A stretch of 64,000 nt of DNA from an uncultured Chloroflexia bacterium (GTDB taxonomy: Bacteria > Chloroflexota > Limnocylindria > Limnocylindrales > CSP1-4). Of the stretch, positions 1-9,933 are shown piece by piece. Under the pieces are notes generated by a model. The model had not been told where the DNA came from, did no database searches, and saw nothing but the letters and a program-made list of their open reading frames with translations. Every line of letters starts with the position of its first letter. The stretch's first letter is position 1. The translations under genes and the position numbers were made by a program. The stretch is taken from positions 864,001 to 928,000 of the forward strand of contig CAVXPZ010000001.1 of assembly GCA_963763775.1 (NCBI GenBank). Reading direction: 5' to 3'.

Positions 1-393
1 CTCGCGGTCCTCGGCCATGCGGATGGCCTCGAGGGGCGTGCCCAGGATCCGGATCGGGTAGCGGTCGAAGACGCCGGCCTCGGCCAGGGCGGCGGTCAGG
101 TTCAGCGCGGTCTGCCCGCCGAGGCCCGCGAGCAGGCCCTCGGGCTGCTCCTTGGCGATGACCGCCTCCACCGCCTCCACGGTCAGCGGCTCGAGGTAGA
201 TCGCGTCCGCGACCTGGGGGTCGGTCATGATCGTGGCCGGGTTCGAGTTGACCAGGATCGTGCGGACGCCCTCGGCGCGGAGGGCGCGGCAGGCCTGTGT
301 GCCGGCGTAGTCGAACTCGGCCGCCTGGCCGATGACGACCGGGCCGGAGCCGAGGATGAGGACGGATGCCGGCCGGCCGGGCGGCACCGTCAC
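1..393 (-). CDS. carB: Carbamoyl-phosphate synthase large subunit, N-terminal part (runs off window)
   Basis: Manual translation from GTG at 393, which overlaps the carA stop: ...[48 protein letters not shown]..., the CarB N-terminal signature. Confidence 0.97.
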   Translation of the reverse strand, partial: MTVPPGRPASVLILGSGPVVIGQAAEFDYAGTQACRALRAEGVRTILVNSNPATIMTDPQVADAIYLEPLTVEAVEAVIAKEQPEGLLAGLGGQTALNLTAALAEAGVFDRYPIRILGTPLEAIRMAEDRE

Positions 394-1550
394 CGCGACC
401 CGCCCGCGGCCGCCACGAACCGGTCGAAGACCGCGAGCGCGTCGAGGGGACCCGGCGCCCCCTCCGGGTGGTACTGGACCGTCTCGATCGGCAGCTCGCG
501 GTGGCGCAGGCCCTCGACGGAGCCGTCGTTGAGGTTGACCTGGCTCACGCGGAACCCCGACCTGGGCGGCAGCGAGTCCCCGACGACCTGGACCTCGTGG
601 TTCTGCGCCGTGACCTGGACGAGCCCGAGCTCGAGGTCCTGGACCGGGTGGTTCGCCCCGTGGTGGCCGAACCGGAGGCGGCGGGTGTCGGCGCCGGCCG
701 CCCGCCCGACGATCTGGTGGCCAAGGCAGATGCCGAGCAGCGGTCGCCCGTCATCGATGACCGCGCGGGCGAGGGCCACCTGGGCCTCGAGGCGGGCCGG
801 ATCCCCGGGCCCGGGCGACAGGATGACGCCGTCGATATCGGCGGACAGGACATCGGCGACCGATGCGGTGTGCGGGAAGACGCGGACTCGGGCCCCGCGG
901 AAGCGCATCGCCCGGACGATGTTGTTCTTCAGGCCGAGGTCCACGATCCCGATCCGCGGCCCGGTGTCCCCGGGAGCCTCGACCTCGGTGATCGAGGGCG
1001 GCGAGACCTGGCCCACGAAGTCCTGGTCCTCCCAGCGCGGGACGGCGGCGGCGGCCGCGCGGGCCGCGTCGAGGTCCATCCGCCCGGGCGCCGTCACGAT
1101 CCCGCGGAGACAGCCGTTCGCGCGGAGGTGCCGCGCCAGCGCACGCGTGTCCACCCCGGCGATCGCGGGGATCGCGTGGTCGCGCAGGAGTGCGGCAAGC
1201 TGGCGGGCGTCGTCGAGGACCGCGGCCGTCGCGTTCGCGACGACGAGCGCCCGGAGCCACGGCTGGACCGACTGGTCGTCCGCGACGAGCCGGCCGTAAT
1301 TGCCGATCAGCGGGTAGGTCATGACGACGACCTGGCCGGCATACGAGGGGTCCGTGCAGACCTCCTGGTAGCCGGTCTGGCTGGTGTTGACGACGAGGTC
1401 GCCGCCAGCGGCGACGGGGGCGCCGAACGCGACGCCCGGGAAGACGGTGCCGTCCTCGAGGGCCAGCAACGCCGGCCCGAGGTCGCCGATCCTCGGGTCG
1501 ACGACGGCACTCGCCCGCGGGGGCGGCGGAAGGAGCAATGGGGCGGTCAC
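390..1550 (-). CDS. carA: Carbamoyl-phosphate synthase small (glutaminase) subunit
   Basis: [39 protein letters not shown] (catalytic Cys), VQYHPE motifs. Confidence 0.98.
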   Translation of the reverse strand: MTAPLLLPPPPRASAVVDPRIGDLGPALLALEDGTVFPGVAFGAPVAAGGDLVVNTSQTGYQEVCTDPSYAGQVVVMTYPLIGNYGRLVADDQSVQPWLRALVVANATAAVLDDARQLAALLRDHAIPAIAGVDTRALARHLRANGCLRGIVTAPGRMDLDAARAAAAAVPRWEDQDFVGQVSPPSITEVEAPGDTGPRIGIVDLGLKNNIVRAMRFRGARVRVFPHTASVADVLSADIDGVILSPGPGDPARLEAQVALARAVIDDGRPLLGICLGHQIVGRAAGADTRRLRFGHHGANHPVQDLELGLVQVTAQNHEVQVVGDSLPPRSGFRVSQVNLNDGSVEGLRHRELPIETVQYHPEGAPGPLDALAVFDRFVAAAGGSR

Positions 1551-1560
1551 CAGGCCCCGG

Positions 1561-1596
1561 ATACGACGAACCCACCGGCCGCGGGGGCTCGGTGGG
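1561..1596 (-). terminator. Putative attenuator terminator in the carAB leader
   Basis: Minus-strand hairpin CCCACCG...CGGTGGG (1571-1596) followed by TTCGTCGTAT, between the PyrR site and the carA start. Confidence 0.6.
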
Positions 1597-1620
1597 CGAG
1601 GGCGTGCGCAGACATCCAGC

Positions 1621-1680
1621 CTCCTTCGCCGGCCTCACGGGACCGGTACGCCAGCCTCACAGGACCGGCCTTGAAAGGAC
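1621..1680 (-). promoter_or_regulatory. PyrR-binding RNA leader with two tandem binding loops
   Basis: Minus strand reads GTCCTTTCAAGG-CCGGTCCTGTGAGGCTGG-CGTA-CCGGTCCCGTGAGGCCGG-CGAAGGAG: two matches to the RUCCNGNGAGGY PyrR loop enclosed by a TCCTT/AAGGA stem, upstream of carA. Confidence 0.85.
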
Positions 1681-1686
1681 CCGCTC

Positions 1687-1695
1687 AGGGTAGCA
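1687..1695 (-). promoter_or_regulatory. Extended -10 promoter for the carAB leader
   Basis: TGCTACCCT (TGn + TAnnnT) 6 nt upstream of the first base of the PyrR element. Confidence 0.55.
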
Positions 1696-1760
1696 TCCCG
1701 GGGCCCGGCGCGCGGCGTCAGCGGGGCGCCGGAGCGACCGGACCGGGTCGCGATCGGGCG

Positions 1761-2132
1761 TCAGTCGGCCGGCGGGATCTCGCCGATGTCGTGGTAGATG
1801 GCCTTCCCGAGGGATCGGGCGACGGTCACCATCCGGTCGGCCCCGGCGGACGCGCCGCCGATCCGCAGGCAGCCGTCGCAGTGGGACAGGAGCCGCTCGG
1901 CGACCGGGTGGAAGATCTCCTCGAAGATCGCGTCGCCGACCTGCTCGGAGCCGGCCGCCTCGATGAGCGGCAGGGCGAACCACTCCCCCATGACGGGCAG
2001 GTGCCCTCGGCGGAACAGCTCGAGCGACGCGGCGGTCATCGCGTCGACGTTCGCCTGGATCAGATCCGGGTCGTCACCCGTCCCGGAACGGTACGGACCG
2101 GCGACGAGGATCGCGAGAGATCGGCTCACCAT
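1761..2132 (-). CDS. DUF4406-like protein (nucleoside deoxyribosyltransferase-like fold)
   Basis: ILVAGPYRSGT...LLSHCDGCLRIGGASAGADRMV...; start at 2132 or 2153. Confidence 0.7.
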   Translation of the reverse strand: MVSRSLAILVAGPYRSGTGDDPDLIQANVDAMTAASLELFRRGHLPVMGEWFALPLIEAAGSEQVGDAIFEEIFHPVAERLLSHCDGCLRIGGASAGADRMVTVARSLGKAIYHDIGEIPPAD

Positions 2133-2216
2133 GCCGATGGTAGCCGCCGTCATGATGACCGTGCGAATGACCCGTCGCGGCAGAGTCGCCGTCCCGGGCG
2201 GGTGTAGGGTGCACGC

Positions 2217-3032
2217 GTGAAGCGATTGCTGGCGATCGCCCTCCTCGTCGCCGCGTGCCAGGGTGCCACGACGAGCCTCGCACCCTCGACGCCGAGCACG
2301 ACCCCCGGCGACGCGGCGTCAGCTTCAGTGTCGGACCAAGGCGGCCCGGAGTTCGTGTCTGTCGGGTTCGGCACAGGCGGAACTGGCTGCACCCTCGAAG
2401 GCACCGCGTCCTCCTTCCCAGTGGGGGTTCCAGTCCGTACGATGCTGACGCTCTCTCCGGCCCTGCCGACCGGCGGCACCATCACGGTCACCGTGGAGAA
2501 GGACGGCGCCGAACTCGAGGCCCCACAGACGATCACGGTGAAGGAACCGGCGCCGTGCCTGTTCGGGACGCTGCCGGACCTTGATGTGGGGCACTACCGC
2601 GTGACGTATGCGATCAGCCCGAGCCAGATGCCGCCGGCGAGTGACGGATTTGACGTCACGTCCGATGGGTCGGCATCAGACGCGCCGCCTCCGGCAGGAG
2701 GTGCCTCACTTGCCACGCACATCATCGGTCGCCTTGATGGATTGGCAACGCTCGCCGTCACGGATGACGACCTTCAGACGGCGCAATGGGCCATCGACGA
2801 GTCTGCCTGGGTCACCGAGAACATGTCGTCCCTCCTCGACCAAGGTGGAACGCTCGAGTCGTACGTCGATGAGCTCACGAAGATGTTGGACACGGTGGCC
2901 GCAGGAGGAGATCAGTCGACGGCGATCGGCAGACTCCTCGCGTTGCGAGATGCGATCGCGACCGAGTTCGCTTTGCCTACGCTTGCGCCGACGCCGAGCT
3001 CGTCGACTTCGTCTCGGATCGTCTGGTGGTGA
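2217..3032 (+). CDS. Hypothetical lipoprotein
   Basis: Signal peptide with lipobox LLVAAC and a Ser/Thr/Pro linker; stop codon lies inside the 3' end of the convergent tRNA. Confidence 0.75.
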   Translation: MKRLLAIALLVAACQGATTSLAPSTPSTTPGDAASASVSDQGGPEFVSVGFGTGGTGCTLEGTASSFPVGVPVRTMLTLSPALPTGGTITVTVEKDGAELEAPQTITVKEPAPCLFGTLPDLDVGHYRVTYAISPSQMPPASDGFDVTSDGSASDAPPPAGGASLATHIIGRLDGLATLAVTDDDLQTAQWAIDESAWVTENMSSLLDQGGTLESYVDELTKMLDTVAAGGDQSTAIGRLLALRDAIATEFALPTLAPTPSSSTSSRIVWW

Positions 3033-3101
3033 GCCCGGAAGGACTTGAACCTTCAACCCAGTGATTAAGAGTCACTTGCTCTGCCATTGAGCTACGGGCC
3101 C
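3027..3101 (-). tRNA. tRNA-Lys (anticodon CTT)
   Basis: GGGCCCGTAGCTCAATGGCAGAGCAAGTGACTCTTAATCACTGGGTTGAAGGTTCAAGTCCTTCCGGGCTCACCA: cloverleaf, anticodon stem AGTGA/TCACT, GTTCAAGT T-loop, encoded CCA. Confidence 0.98.
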
Positions 3102-3322
3102 ACGGTTTCGCGCTCCGAGGAGCGAGAGAGCTGGCGCGGTGCCGAGCGACGCCGCTCGAACAGCCGATGATCAGTTCCTGTCACAGAGCCGAATGAAGGA
3201 GCCAAGTGACGGCGACGGCACCGACCAGCGGCCCGCATTCTAGCGCGCCGGTCGCCATCGAGCCACCGGCGCCATGTCCTGGCGCGGCGGCCGACGCCCA
3301 TCCGGGCCCGTAGACTTCGGCG

Positions 3323-5377
3323 ATGCTTACGTCCGGCCACGCCATCGTCTGCGGGCTCGACCACCTCGGGCTGCGAACGGTCGACGAGCTGCGTCTCCGC
3401 GACGAGACCGTGGTGGCCATCGGCGAGACGGACGAGGCTGCCGAGCACCTCGGCGAGCTCGGCGTCCGGCTCGTCGTAGGGGACCACCGACTGCCGCGCG
3501 TGCTGCGCGAGGCCGGGGCCGCGAGCGCGTCCGTGCTGGTCCTCACCGGCGACGACGACCTCGGCAACCTGAACACGGCGCTCGCCGCCGCCGAGATCAA
3601 CCCGGGGATCCGCGTGGTCATCCGGATGTTCGACCAGGAGCTCGGCGCCCATATCCCAGAGCTGTTCCCCGACGCCGTGGCGCTTTCGTCTTCCGCGGTC
3701 GCGGCCCCGGGGTTCGTCTCGGCCGCCATCGACGGCGAGACCGGATCCCGCTTCCGGCTGGCCGGCCGCGTCCTCACGTCGCGGCGCTCGGGCGACACCG
3801 CGGCCGGGCCGGTCAGCATCCCGATCGCTCGACTGCGCGCCGACCGCTCGGTGGAGTTGTTCCCCGATGCCGACCCCGGTGCGCCCGACCTGATCCTGAT
3901 CGATGTCGCCGGTGCCGACGCGCCGGACCTCGAGGCACCGGCCGATGCCATGCACCGGGACCCCGGCGTGATCGCCCGGCTGCGCGGCCGTGTGGCGGAC
4001 GTCCGGGCTCGGCTGTCGAGCCCGGAGCGGCGCTTCGTGCGCTTCGCGGCGATCCTCCTGGGCCTCGCCCTCGCGTCGGCGATCTTCTTCTACGTGGTCG
4101 CGGGACTCGGTCCGCTCGATGCCGTTTCCTACGCGATCACACTCCTGACGGGCGCCTCCCTGCCGACTGACATCGCCTCGGCCGCGACCAACGTCCCCTT
4201 GCGGATCTACGCGATCCTGCTCAGCCTGGTCGGGGCCGCGATCGTCGCGGTCGTCTACGCGTTCATCACCGACGCCCTCATCCGGTCCCGGCTGCTCCAG
4301 ACGCTCGGCCGTCGCACGGTCCCGGGCAACATCCGGGACCACGTCATCGTGGCGGGCCTCGGTTCGATCGGGTATCGGGTGGCGCTCGGCCTGCGTGCCC
4401 GCGGGGTCCCGGTCGTCATCGTCGAGGTGAGCGACGACAGCCGGTTCGTCTCGCCGGCACGGGCAGCGGGCATCCCGGTCTTCGTCGGCGACGCCCGACA
4501 CCGCGAGGTGCTCGACGAGCTGCGACTTGGGTCCGCTCGGGCGCTCGTCGCCGCGACGAGCGACGACCTCGTGAACCTATCCGTCGCCCTCAACGCGCGT
4601 GCCGTCCGTCCGGACCTGCGCGTGGTCGTCCGCGTCTACGACCCGGACTTCGCGATCCGAGTGCAGCACGGCTTCCACATCCGCTTCACGCGGAGCGTGT
4701 CGCACCTTGCGGCGCCGGCGTTCGCGGCAGCGGCGGTCGGCTCCGAGGTGGTCGCGACGGTGCCGGTGGGCGACCGGCGGGTCGTGCTGTTCGCGCGCCT
4801 GCGCGTTCCGGCAGGATCGATGCTCGAGGGCCGTCTGGCCTCGACCCTCGACACGCCCGGCGCCCTGAAGCTGCTCGCTGTCGCCGATCCGGGCTCCGAG
4901 GAGGCTCGTTGGGACTACCCGATCGACGAGGTCCTCGACGCCGGCGAGGAGGTGGTCGTCGCCGCGACCCGAGCCGGCCTCGGCGAGCTGCTCCACCACG
5001 CCTCGATGGTCGCCGGGAGCGTGACGGTGACCCCGGACGAGAACGCCGGGACCGACCCTGCGGTCGATCACGGGCTGACCGCGATCGGCAGCGCGGTGGC
5101 CGGCGCCGCGGTCGGCGCCGCCACGCGGACCGTGGGCAGCGTCGCCAGCATGGCGGCCGGAGGCGCGTCGGGCGCGATGGCGGTCACGACGAAGGCCGCC
5201 TCCGGTGCCCTGGGTGCTGCCGGGGCCGTGGCCAGTGGCGCGGCGACCGCGGCTGGAGCCGTCGGTGGGGCGATCGCCGGAGCGGTCGGCGGAGGCTCCG
5301 GCCCGATGCCCACCGCGGCCGAGACCAGAAGGATCACCGGAGCCGGCGATCCTCGAGGACGCCGACATGTCCGCTGA
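3323..5377 (+). CDS. TrkA/RCK-domain potassium-channel-like protein (TrkA_N - 2TM - TrkA_N - TrkA_C) with Ala/Gly-rich tail
   Basis: Two Rossmann motifs (HAIVCGLDHLG; DHVIVAGLGSIG) flanking two hydrophobic helices. Confidence 0.85.
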   Translation: MLTSGHAIVCGLDHLGLRTVDELRLRDETVVAIGETDEAAEHLGELGVRLVVGDHRLPRVLREAGAASASVLVLTGDDDLGNLNTALAAAEINPGIRVVIRMFDQELGAHIPELFPDAVALSSSAVAAPGFVSAAIDGETGSRFRLAGRVLTSRRSGDTAAGPVSIPIARLRADRSVELFPDADPGAPDLILIDVAGADAPDLEAPADAMHRDPGVIARLRGRVADVRARLSSPERRFVRFAAILLGLALASAIFFYVVAGLGPLDAVSYAITLLTGASLPTDIASAATNVPLRIYAILLSLVGAAIVAVVYAFITDALIRSRLLQTLGRRTVPGNIRDHVIVAGLGSIGYRVALGLRARGVPVVIVEVSDDSRFVSPARAAGIPVFVGDARHREVLDELRLGSARALVAATSDDLVNLSVALNARAVRPDLRVVVRVYDPDFAIRVQHGFHIRFTRSVSHLAAPAFAAAAVGSEVVATVPVGDRRVVLFARLRVPAGSMLEGRLASTLDTPGALKLLAVADPGSEEARWDYPIDEVLDAGEEVVVAATRAGLGELLHHASMVAGSVTVTPDENAGTDPAVDHGLTAIGSAVAGAAVGAATRTVGSVASMAAGGASGAMAVTTKAASGALGAAGAVASGAATAAGAVGGAIAGAVGGGSGPMPTAAETRRITGAGDPRGRRHVR

Positions 5378-5403
5378 GGCGGTCCCCCGGACGCCGGCCC
5401 TCG

Positions 5404-7284
5404 ATGTCGAAACGGCCGGCTCCGACCGCTAGCGTGAGCGGCATGCGTGCGGCTGGTGGATCCGGCGAGCAGCCGTCGACAGCCCCGGTGACCGGGACGC
5501 GTCGCAAGCGGGTGGGCCAGGTCGCGCTGGTCATCGCGGTCACACTGTTCGTGGTGACGCGCCTCGCGTTCCTTGATCGCGATGTCCCGCCCTGGAACCT
5601 GGCGGAGTACCAGCCGATCGACGAGTTCGGCTACACGATCCCGGCGCTCAACCTCCATCACTACGGGACCTGGACGCACCAGGAGGTCCCGTACGTGCCG
5701 CGTGAAGGCTCGCCGATGAACATCCTCGAAAGCCTCGTCACGGGCGCGACCCTGGACCTTGACTGGACGTACTGGGGTTTCCGCGCATCCTCGGTCCTCT
5801 TCGCGCTCGTCGCGTTCGCCGCGATGCTTGCGACCGTCCGCCAGCTGGTTCGGAGGGCACGCCGGGACCAGGTCGATCTGCCATTCGACCCGGATTGGAT
5901 CCTGGTCGGGGCTGGCCTCCTGCTGTTGGTCGACTTCTCCTTCCTCATCGCCGGTCGGATCGTCGAGGCGACGATCGCTCGCCTTGCGGTCGTCACGGTG
6001 CTGATCTGGTTGGTCGCCAGGGGCACCTTCCTGGGCCGCGAGCGTTCCTCCGCCAGGACGGTGGTCTTCGGATCCCTCGTCGGTGCCGCGGTCTGGTTCG
6101 TCTACGTCTACAACGCGTTCCTGATCCCAGGCGCAGTCCTCGCGGTGGCCCTGTGGGCGGCCCGGGGTGGCACCGGTCGTGACGTCCTTCGCCACGTGGC
6201 CCTGTCCCTTGCGGGGATCGCCGCGTCGACGCTCGCCTACTTCGCGGTCGTCTACCTCGTCTACGGCCACGGGCCCACCGAGTGGTATCAGACGTGGCTG
6301 GCCTTGTATCGGGAGAGCGGGCGGGCGGATTCGTTCGACCTGCCGGGGATCTGGACGGTCCTGGCCGGCAATATCTTCCGACTCGATCGACCGCTCATGG
6401 TCGTGACGTTGCTGGCCTTGCCGTCGTTCGTGTCATGGACACGTCGAACAGCGGACTCGATCGGGATCATCACCCTGTCCCTTGCGGCGACATTCCTGGC
6501 GCAGTGCGCCATCCAGTCGGACTATCCCGAGCGGAAGATGCTCCTCGTGATGGCCTTCGCCATGCCGATCGCGGCCGGCGGGATCCTCCGGCTCGGCGCG
6601 TGGACCGATCGGGTGGCCGCGCGTCGATGGCGAGCGATCTTCGCGGTCATCTGGACGGCAGGCATCGTGATCGGAACGCTGTTGCTGATCCTGCCCCCGA
6701 GCTTGACCCACTGGTCCGCCCTCGTTCGGCTCCTGCGCCTGCCGATCGCGAGCACGATCTCCTACCGGGAGGGACTTGGCGGCACCCTGATCGCGCTTGG
6801 CGCGATCGTGGGCACCGCCGCCGCCGTGACCCTGGTCGTTGCGTGGCGACGACGAGTCGCGGCTCGCGTCGCGGGCGTCGTCCTTCTGACGTCGATGCTG
6901 CTGCCCCTGATCTATCTCGACACGGTGCACGTCTTCACCAACGTCTCGACCACCTATCGAGACGCGATGGTCAAGGCGGGAGACACGGTCGATGGGCAAG
7001 TCACCGCCGGCGGCCTCTCGTTCGCGATGCAGCTCTACAACACCGGCCGACCCGTGCTCGAGGGATACCCGTACGGGATGTCGATGTCCGAATACCAAGC
7101 GGCGGTCGTGCGGTTCTTCCAGGAAGGCCGGGCGACGTCCCTCTTCTCCTACGCGGATGGCAGCGCGGCGGACCGATGGGCGACGCTTGGATTCCGCCTC
7201 GTCGAGAGGTACCCGATCGAGCTGCCGAAGGGTCAGACGATGGGACGGTACGTCTATGACCCACCGGCGGCCGGCGCCCCGTGA
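5404..7284 (+). CDS. Polytopic membrane protein, probable GT-C fold glycosyltransferase (ArnT/PMT-like)
   Basis: Many TM helices; acidic DE motif after the first TM helix (YQPIDEFGY); start uncertain (5404-5443). Confidence 0.65.
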   Translation: MSKRPAPTASVSGMRAAGGSGEQPSTAPVTGTRRKRVGQVALVIAVTLFVVTRLAFLDRDVPPWNLAEYQPIDEFGYTIPALNLHHYGTWTHQEVPYVPREGSPMNILESLVTGATLDLDWTYWGFRASSVLFALVAFAAMLATVRQLVRRARRDQVDLPFDPDWILVGAGLLLLVDFSFLIAGRIVEATIARLAVVTVLIWLVARGTFLGRERSSARTVVFGSLVGAAVWFVYVYNAFLIPGAVLAVALWAARGGTGRDVLRHVALSLAGIAASTLAYFAVVYLVYGHGPTEWYQTWLALYRESGRADSFDLPGIWTVLAGNIFRLDRPLMVVTLLALPSFVSWTRRTADSIGIITLSLAATFLAQCAIQSDYPERKMLLVMAFAMPIAAGGILRLGAWTDRVAARRWRAIFAVIWTAGIVIGTLLLILPPSLTHWSALVRLLRLPIASTISYREGLGGTLIALGAIVGTAAAVTLVVAWRRRVAARVAGVVLLTSMLLPLIYLDTVHVFTNVSTTYRDAMVKAGDTVDGQVTAGGLSFAMQLYNTGRPVLEGYPYGMSMSEYQAAVVRFFQEGRATSLFSYADGSAADRWATLGFRLVERYPIELPKGQTMGRYVYDPPAAGAP

Positions 7285-7648
7285 CGATGCGCGACACGTG
7301 GGAGGCTCCGGCCTCACTCGCCCGGCGGGCCAGCCTGCAGTCGATGGGCAAGCCAGGCGCCGAGGCGGCTCAGGACGCTCGGCGGCTCGGACTCCGGCAC
7401 GTGATCGTCCTCCGGCTCAGCTGGGACGTCGCGGTACTCGTCGCTCAGCGTCCGGGTGGGCGCCGCGATGAGGATATCCGGGCCAAGGAACGCCCCGGCA
7501 TTCCGCTCTTGGCGTCGGCGCCGCCGTCGATCCATCGTCTGCCTCGTTCCCCCGGGTCGGTCGGCTCGATGCTGCGCCGACATGCACGTGGAGGCAAGGG
7601 CCGAATGGCGTCAGGTTCGGCTCCCATCGCGCACGCGCGACACGTGGG

Positions 7649-8428
7649 TCAGCCGCGCTTGCGCGCCTTCCAGACCTCTTCGCTGGGCCAGCGGTTCGCC
7701 CACGCCGCCGTCACGAACGGGTAGTCGGTCGTCGCCTCGGGCGGTGCCTGGAGCTCGATCAGGTCCTCCACCTCGAACCCGTTCTCGTGGAGCAGTCGGA
7801 TCCACGACCCGTAGCTGAGGAAGAAGTTCGTGCTCCCGTCGGACCAGTCCTTGCGGTGGATGCCGAAGGACGGCCGCAGAAGCTCGTGCGTGGCCGGGAC
7901 GTCGTCCTCCTCCTTCATGCACAGCGCCAGGATCAGCCCGTTGACGAGGAAGACCAGCTCGCCGCCCGGACGGAGGAGGCGCGACGCCTCGGGGATCCAG
8001 CGGTACGGGTCGGCCCAGATGCTGGCGCCGTACTCGCTGATCGCGAGGTCGAAGCTCGAGTCCGGGTACGGCACAGCCTCGGCGTTGCCGAACAGGATCG
8101 GGAAGTCGATGCCGTGCTCGACCTGCAAGCGGCGAGCGGTCGCGATCTGCGCCTCCGAGTTGTCGATGCCCACCGGCCGCGCGCCGCGTCGCGCGAGCCA
8201 CGCGGACACATACCCGGTGCCGCAGCCGAGCTCGATGGTGTCGCGGCCGTCGAGATCGTCCGGCAGCAGCCGCAACGACACTTCGGGGATGTTCCAGATG
8301 CCCCAGGTCTCCTCGCCGGGCGCGAGCCGCCACGCTCGCTCACCCGGGCCGACGAACTCGGCCGCCCATTCGTCCCACGAGGTCCGGTTCCGCTGGACGT
8401 GGTCAGGCAGATCGGCCCCGTCGGTCAC
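7649..8428 (-). CDS. Class I SAM-dependent methyltransferase
   Basis: IELGCGTGY motif I; SFDLAISEYGA; LLRPGG; GTG start overlaps the upstream stop. Confidence 0.92.
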   Translation of the reverse strand: MTDGADLPDHVQRNRTSWDEWAAEFVGPGERAWRLAPGEETWGIWNIPEVSLRLLPDDLDGRDTIELGCGTGYVSAWLARRGARPVGIDNSEAQIATARRLQVEHGIDFPILFGNAEAVPYPDSSFDLAISEYGASIWADPYRWIPEASRLLRPGGELVFLVNGLILALCMKEEDDVPATHELLRPSFGIHRKDWSDGSTNFFLSYGSWIRLLHENGFEVEDLIELQAPPEATTDYPFVTAAWANRWPSEEVWKARKRG

Positions 8429-9933
8429 GTCGGCTGGTTGTCGATCTGGGCGCGCTGCAACCGGCCGCTGAAGTCGACGTAGATCGACTTCCACTCGGTG
8501 AACGTGTCGAGGGCCGCGTGCCCGGCCTCGCGGTGCCCGTTGCCGGTCTGCTTCCACCCGCCGAACGGCAGGTGGGTCTCGGCGCCGGTCGTGCCGGCGT
8601 TCACGTAGACGATGCCGGTCTCGAAGTCGCGCATCGCGCGGAACGCCTGGTTCACGTCACGTGTGAAGATGCTCGACGAGAGCCCGTAGGCGGTCTGGTT
8701 CAGGGCGAGCATGGCCTCGCCGTAGTCGGCGACCGGGATGACCGAGAGGACCGGCCCGAAGATCTCCTCCTGCCCGATGCGGTCCATCGGACCCACGCCG
8801 GCGAAGATCGTCGGCTCGAAGAAGTGGCCGTTGGCCAGGTCGCCGGACGTCGCCCGGCCGCCGCCGACCACGAGCTCGCCCTCGCCCCGGCCGATCCCGA
8901 CGTACGACTCGACCTTGTCCACGGCGCCGCCATTGATGAGCGGGCCGACGTCGGTGGCGTCGTCCAGGCCCGACCCGAGGCGCAACGTCCGTGCCCGCGT
9001 CTCGAGCCGCTGCACCAGCGCATCCGCGACGGACCGCTCGACGATGACGCGCGAACACGCCGTGCAGCGTTGTCCGGTCGTCCCGAACGCCGACCAGAGG
9101 ATCCCGTCGGTGGCGAGGTCCAGGTCGGCGTCGGCCAGGACGACGACCCCGTTCTTGCCGCCGAGCTCCATCGCGAGGCGCTTGAGGCGCGCGCCGGCCT
9201 TGACCGCGATCGCCTTGCCGGTGGCGGAGCTGCCGGTGAACGAGATCACGTGGACGTCCGGGCTCTCGACGATCGCGTCGCCCACCTCGCCGCCGGTCCC
9301 GGTCACGAGGTTGACGACGCCCGCGGGCACGCCGGCCTCGGCCATGAGCTCGACGAGCAGCGTCGCGCAGTGCGGCGTGTCGCTCGCGGGCTTGAACACC
9401 ACGGTGTTCCCCGTCACGAGCGCCGGCATGATCTTCCAGCACGGGATCGCCATCGGAAAGTTCCAGGGCGTGATGATCCCGGCGATGCCGATCGGCTGGC
9501 GGATGCTCATCGCCCACTTGTCGGGCAGCTCCGACGGCGTCGTGTCGCCGAACATCCGACGGCCCTCCCCCGCCATCAGGAAGGCGATGTCGATGCCCTC
9601 CTGCACGTCGCCGCGCGCCTCGGATAGCACCTTGCCCATCTCACGGGTCATCGCCCGGGCGAGGCGCTCCTTGTGCTGCGCCATCAGCGCGCCGAAGGCG
9701 TAGAGGATCTCGCCACGCTTCGGGGCCGGCGTCCGGCGCCACATCGGGAGGGCGGTCTCGGCCGCCTTGATCGCCATCGCGACGTCGGCCTTCGTCCCCT
9801 GCTGGAACTGCCCGACGATGTCGCGCGTGTCCGCCGGGTTGCGGCTCTCGAAGGTCTGCCCGCTGGTGGAGTCGCACCACTGCCCGGCGATGAAGTGGCG
9901 GTAGGTCGGGGTCTCGGCGGTCGTCTCGGTCAT
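8425..9933 (-). CDS. Aldehyde dehydrogenase family protein
   Basis: ITPWNFP, FTGS, MELGGKN, GQRCTA (catalytic Cys), EEIFGPV. Confidence 0.96.
   Translation of the reverse strand: MTETTAETPTYRHFIAGQWCDSTSGQTFESRNPADTRDIVGQFQQGTKADVAMAIKAAETALPMWRRTPAPKRGEILYAFGALMAQHKERLARAMTREMGKVLSEARGDVQEGIDIAFLMAGEGRRMFGDTTPSELPDKWAMSIRQPIGIAGIITPWNFPMAIPCWKIMPALVTGNTVVFKPASDTPHCATLLVELMAEAGVPAGVVNLVTGTGGEVGDAIVESPDVHVISFTGSSATGKAIAVKAGARLKRLAMELGGKNGVVVLADADLDLATDGILWSAFGTTGQRCTACSRVIVERSVADALVQRLETRARTLRLGSGLDDATDVGPLINGGAVDKVESYVGIGRGEGELVVGGGRATSGDLANGHFFEPTIFAGVGPMDRIGQEEIFGPVLSVIPVADYGEAMLALNQTAYGLSSSIFTRDVNQAFRAMRDFETGIVYVNAGTTGAETHLPFGGWKQTGNGHREAGHAALDTFTEWKSIYVDFSGRLQRAQIDNQPT

Noticed and set aside
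3024-3029. Encoded CCACCA as a tRNA degradation tag
   Set aside because: CCACCA tagging is post-transcriptional; a genomic trailing CCA is easily chance and would be trimmed
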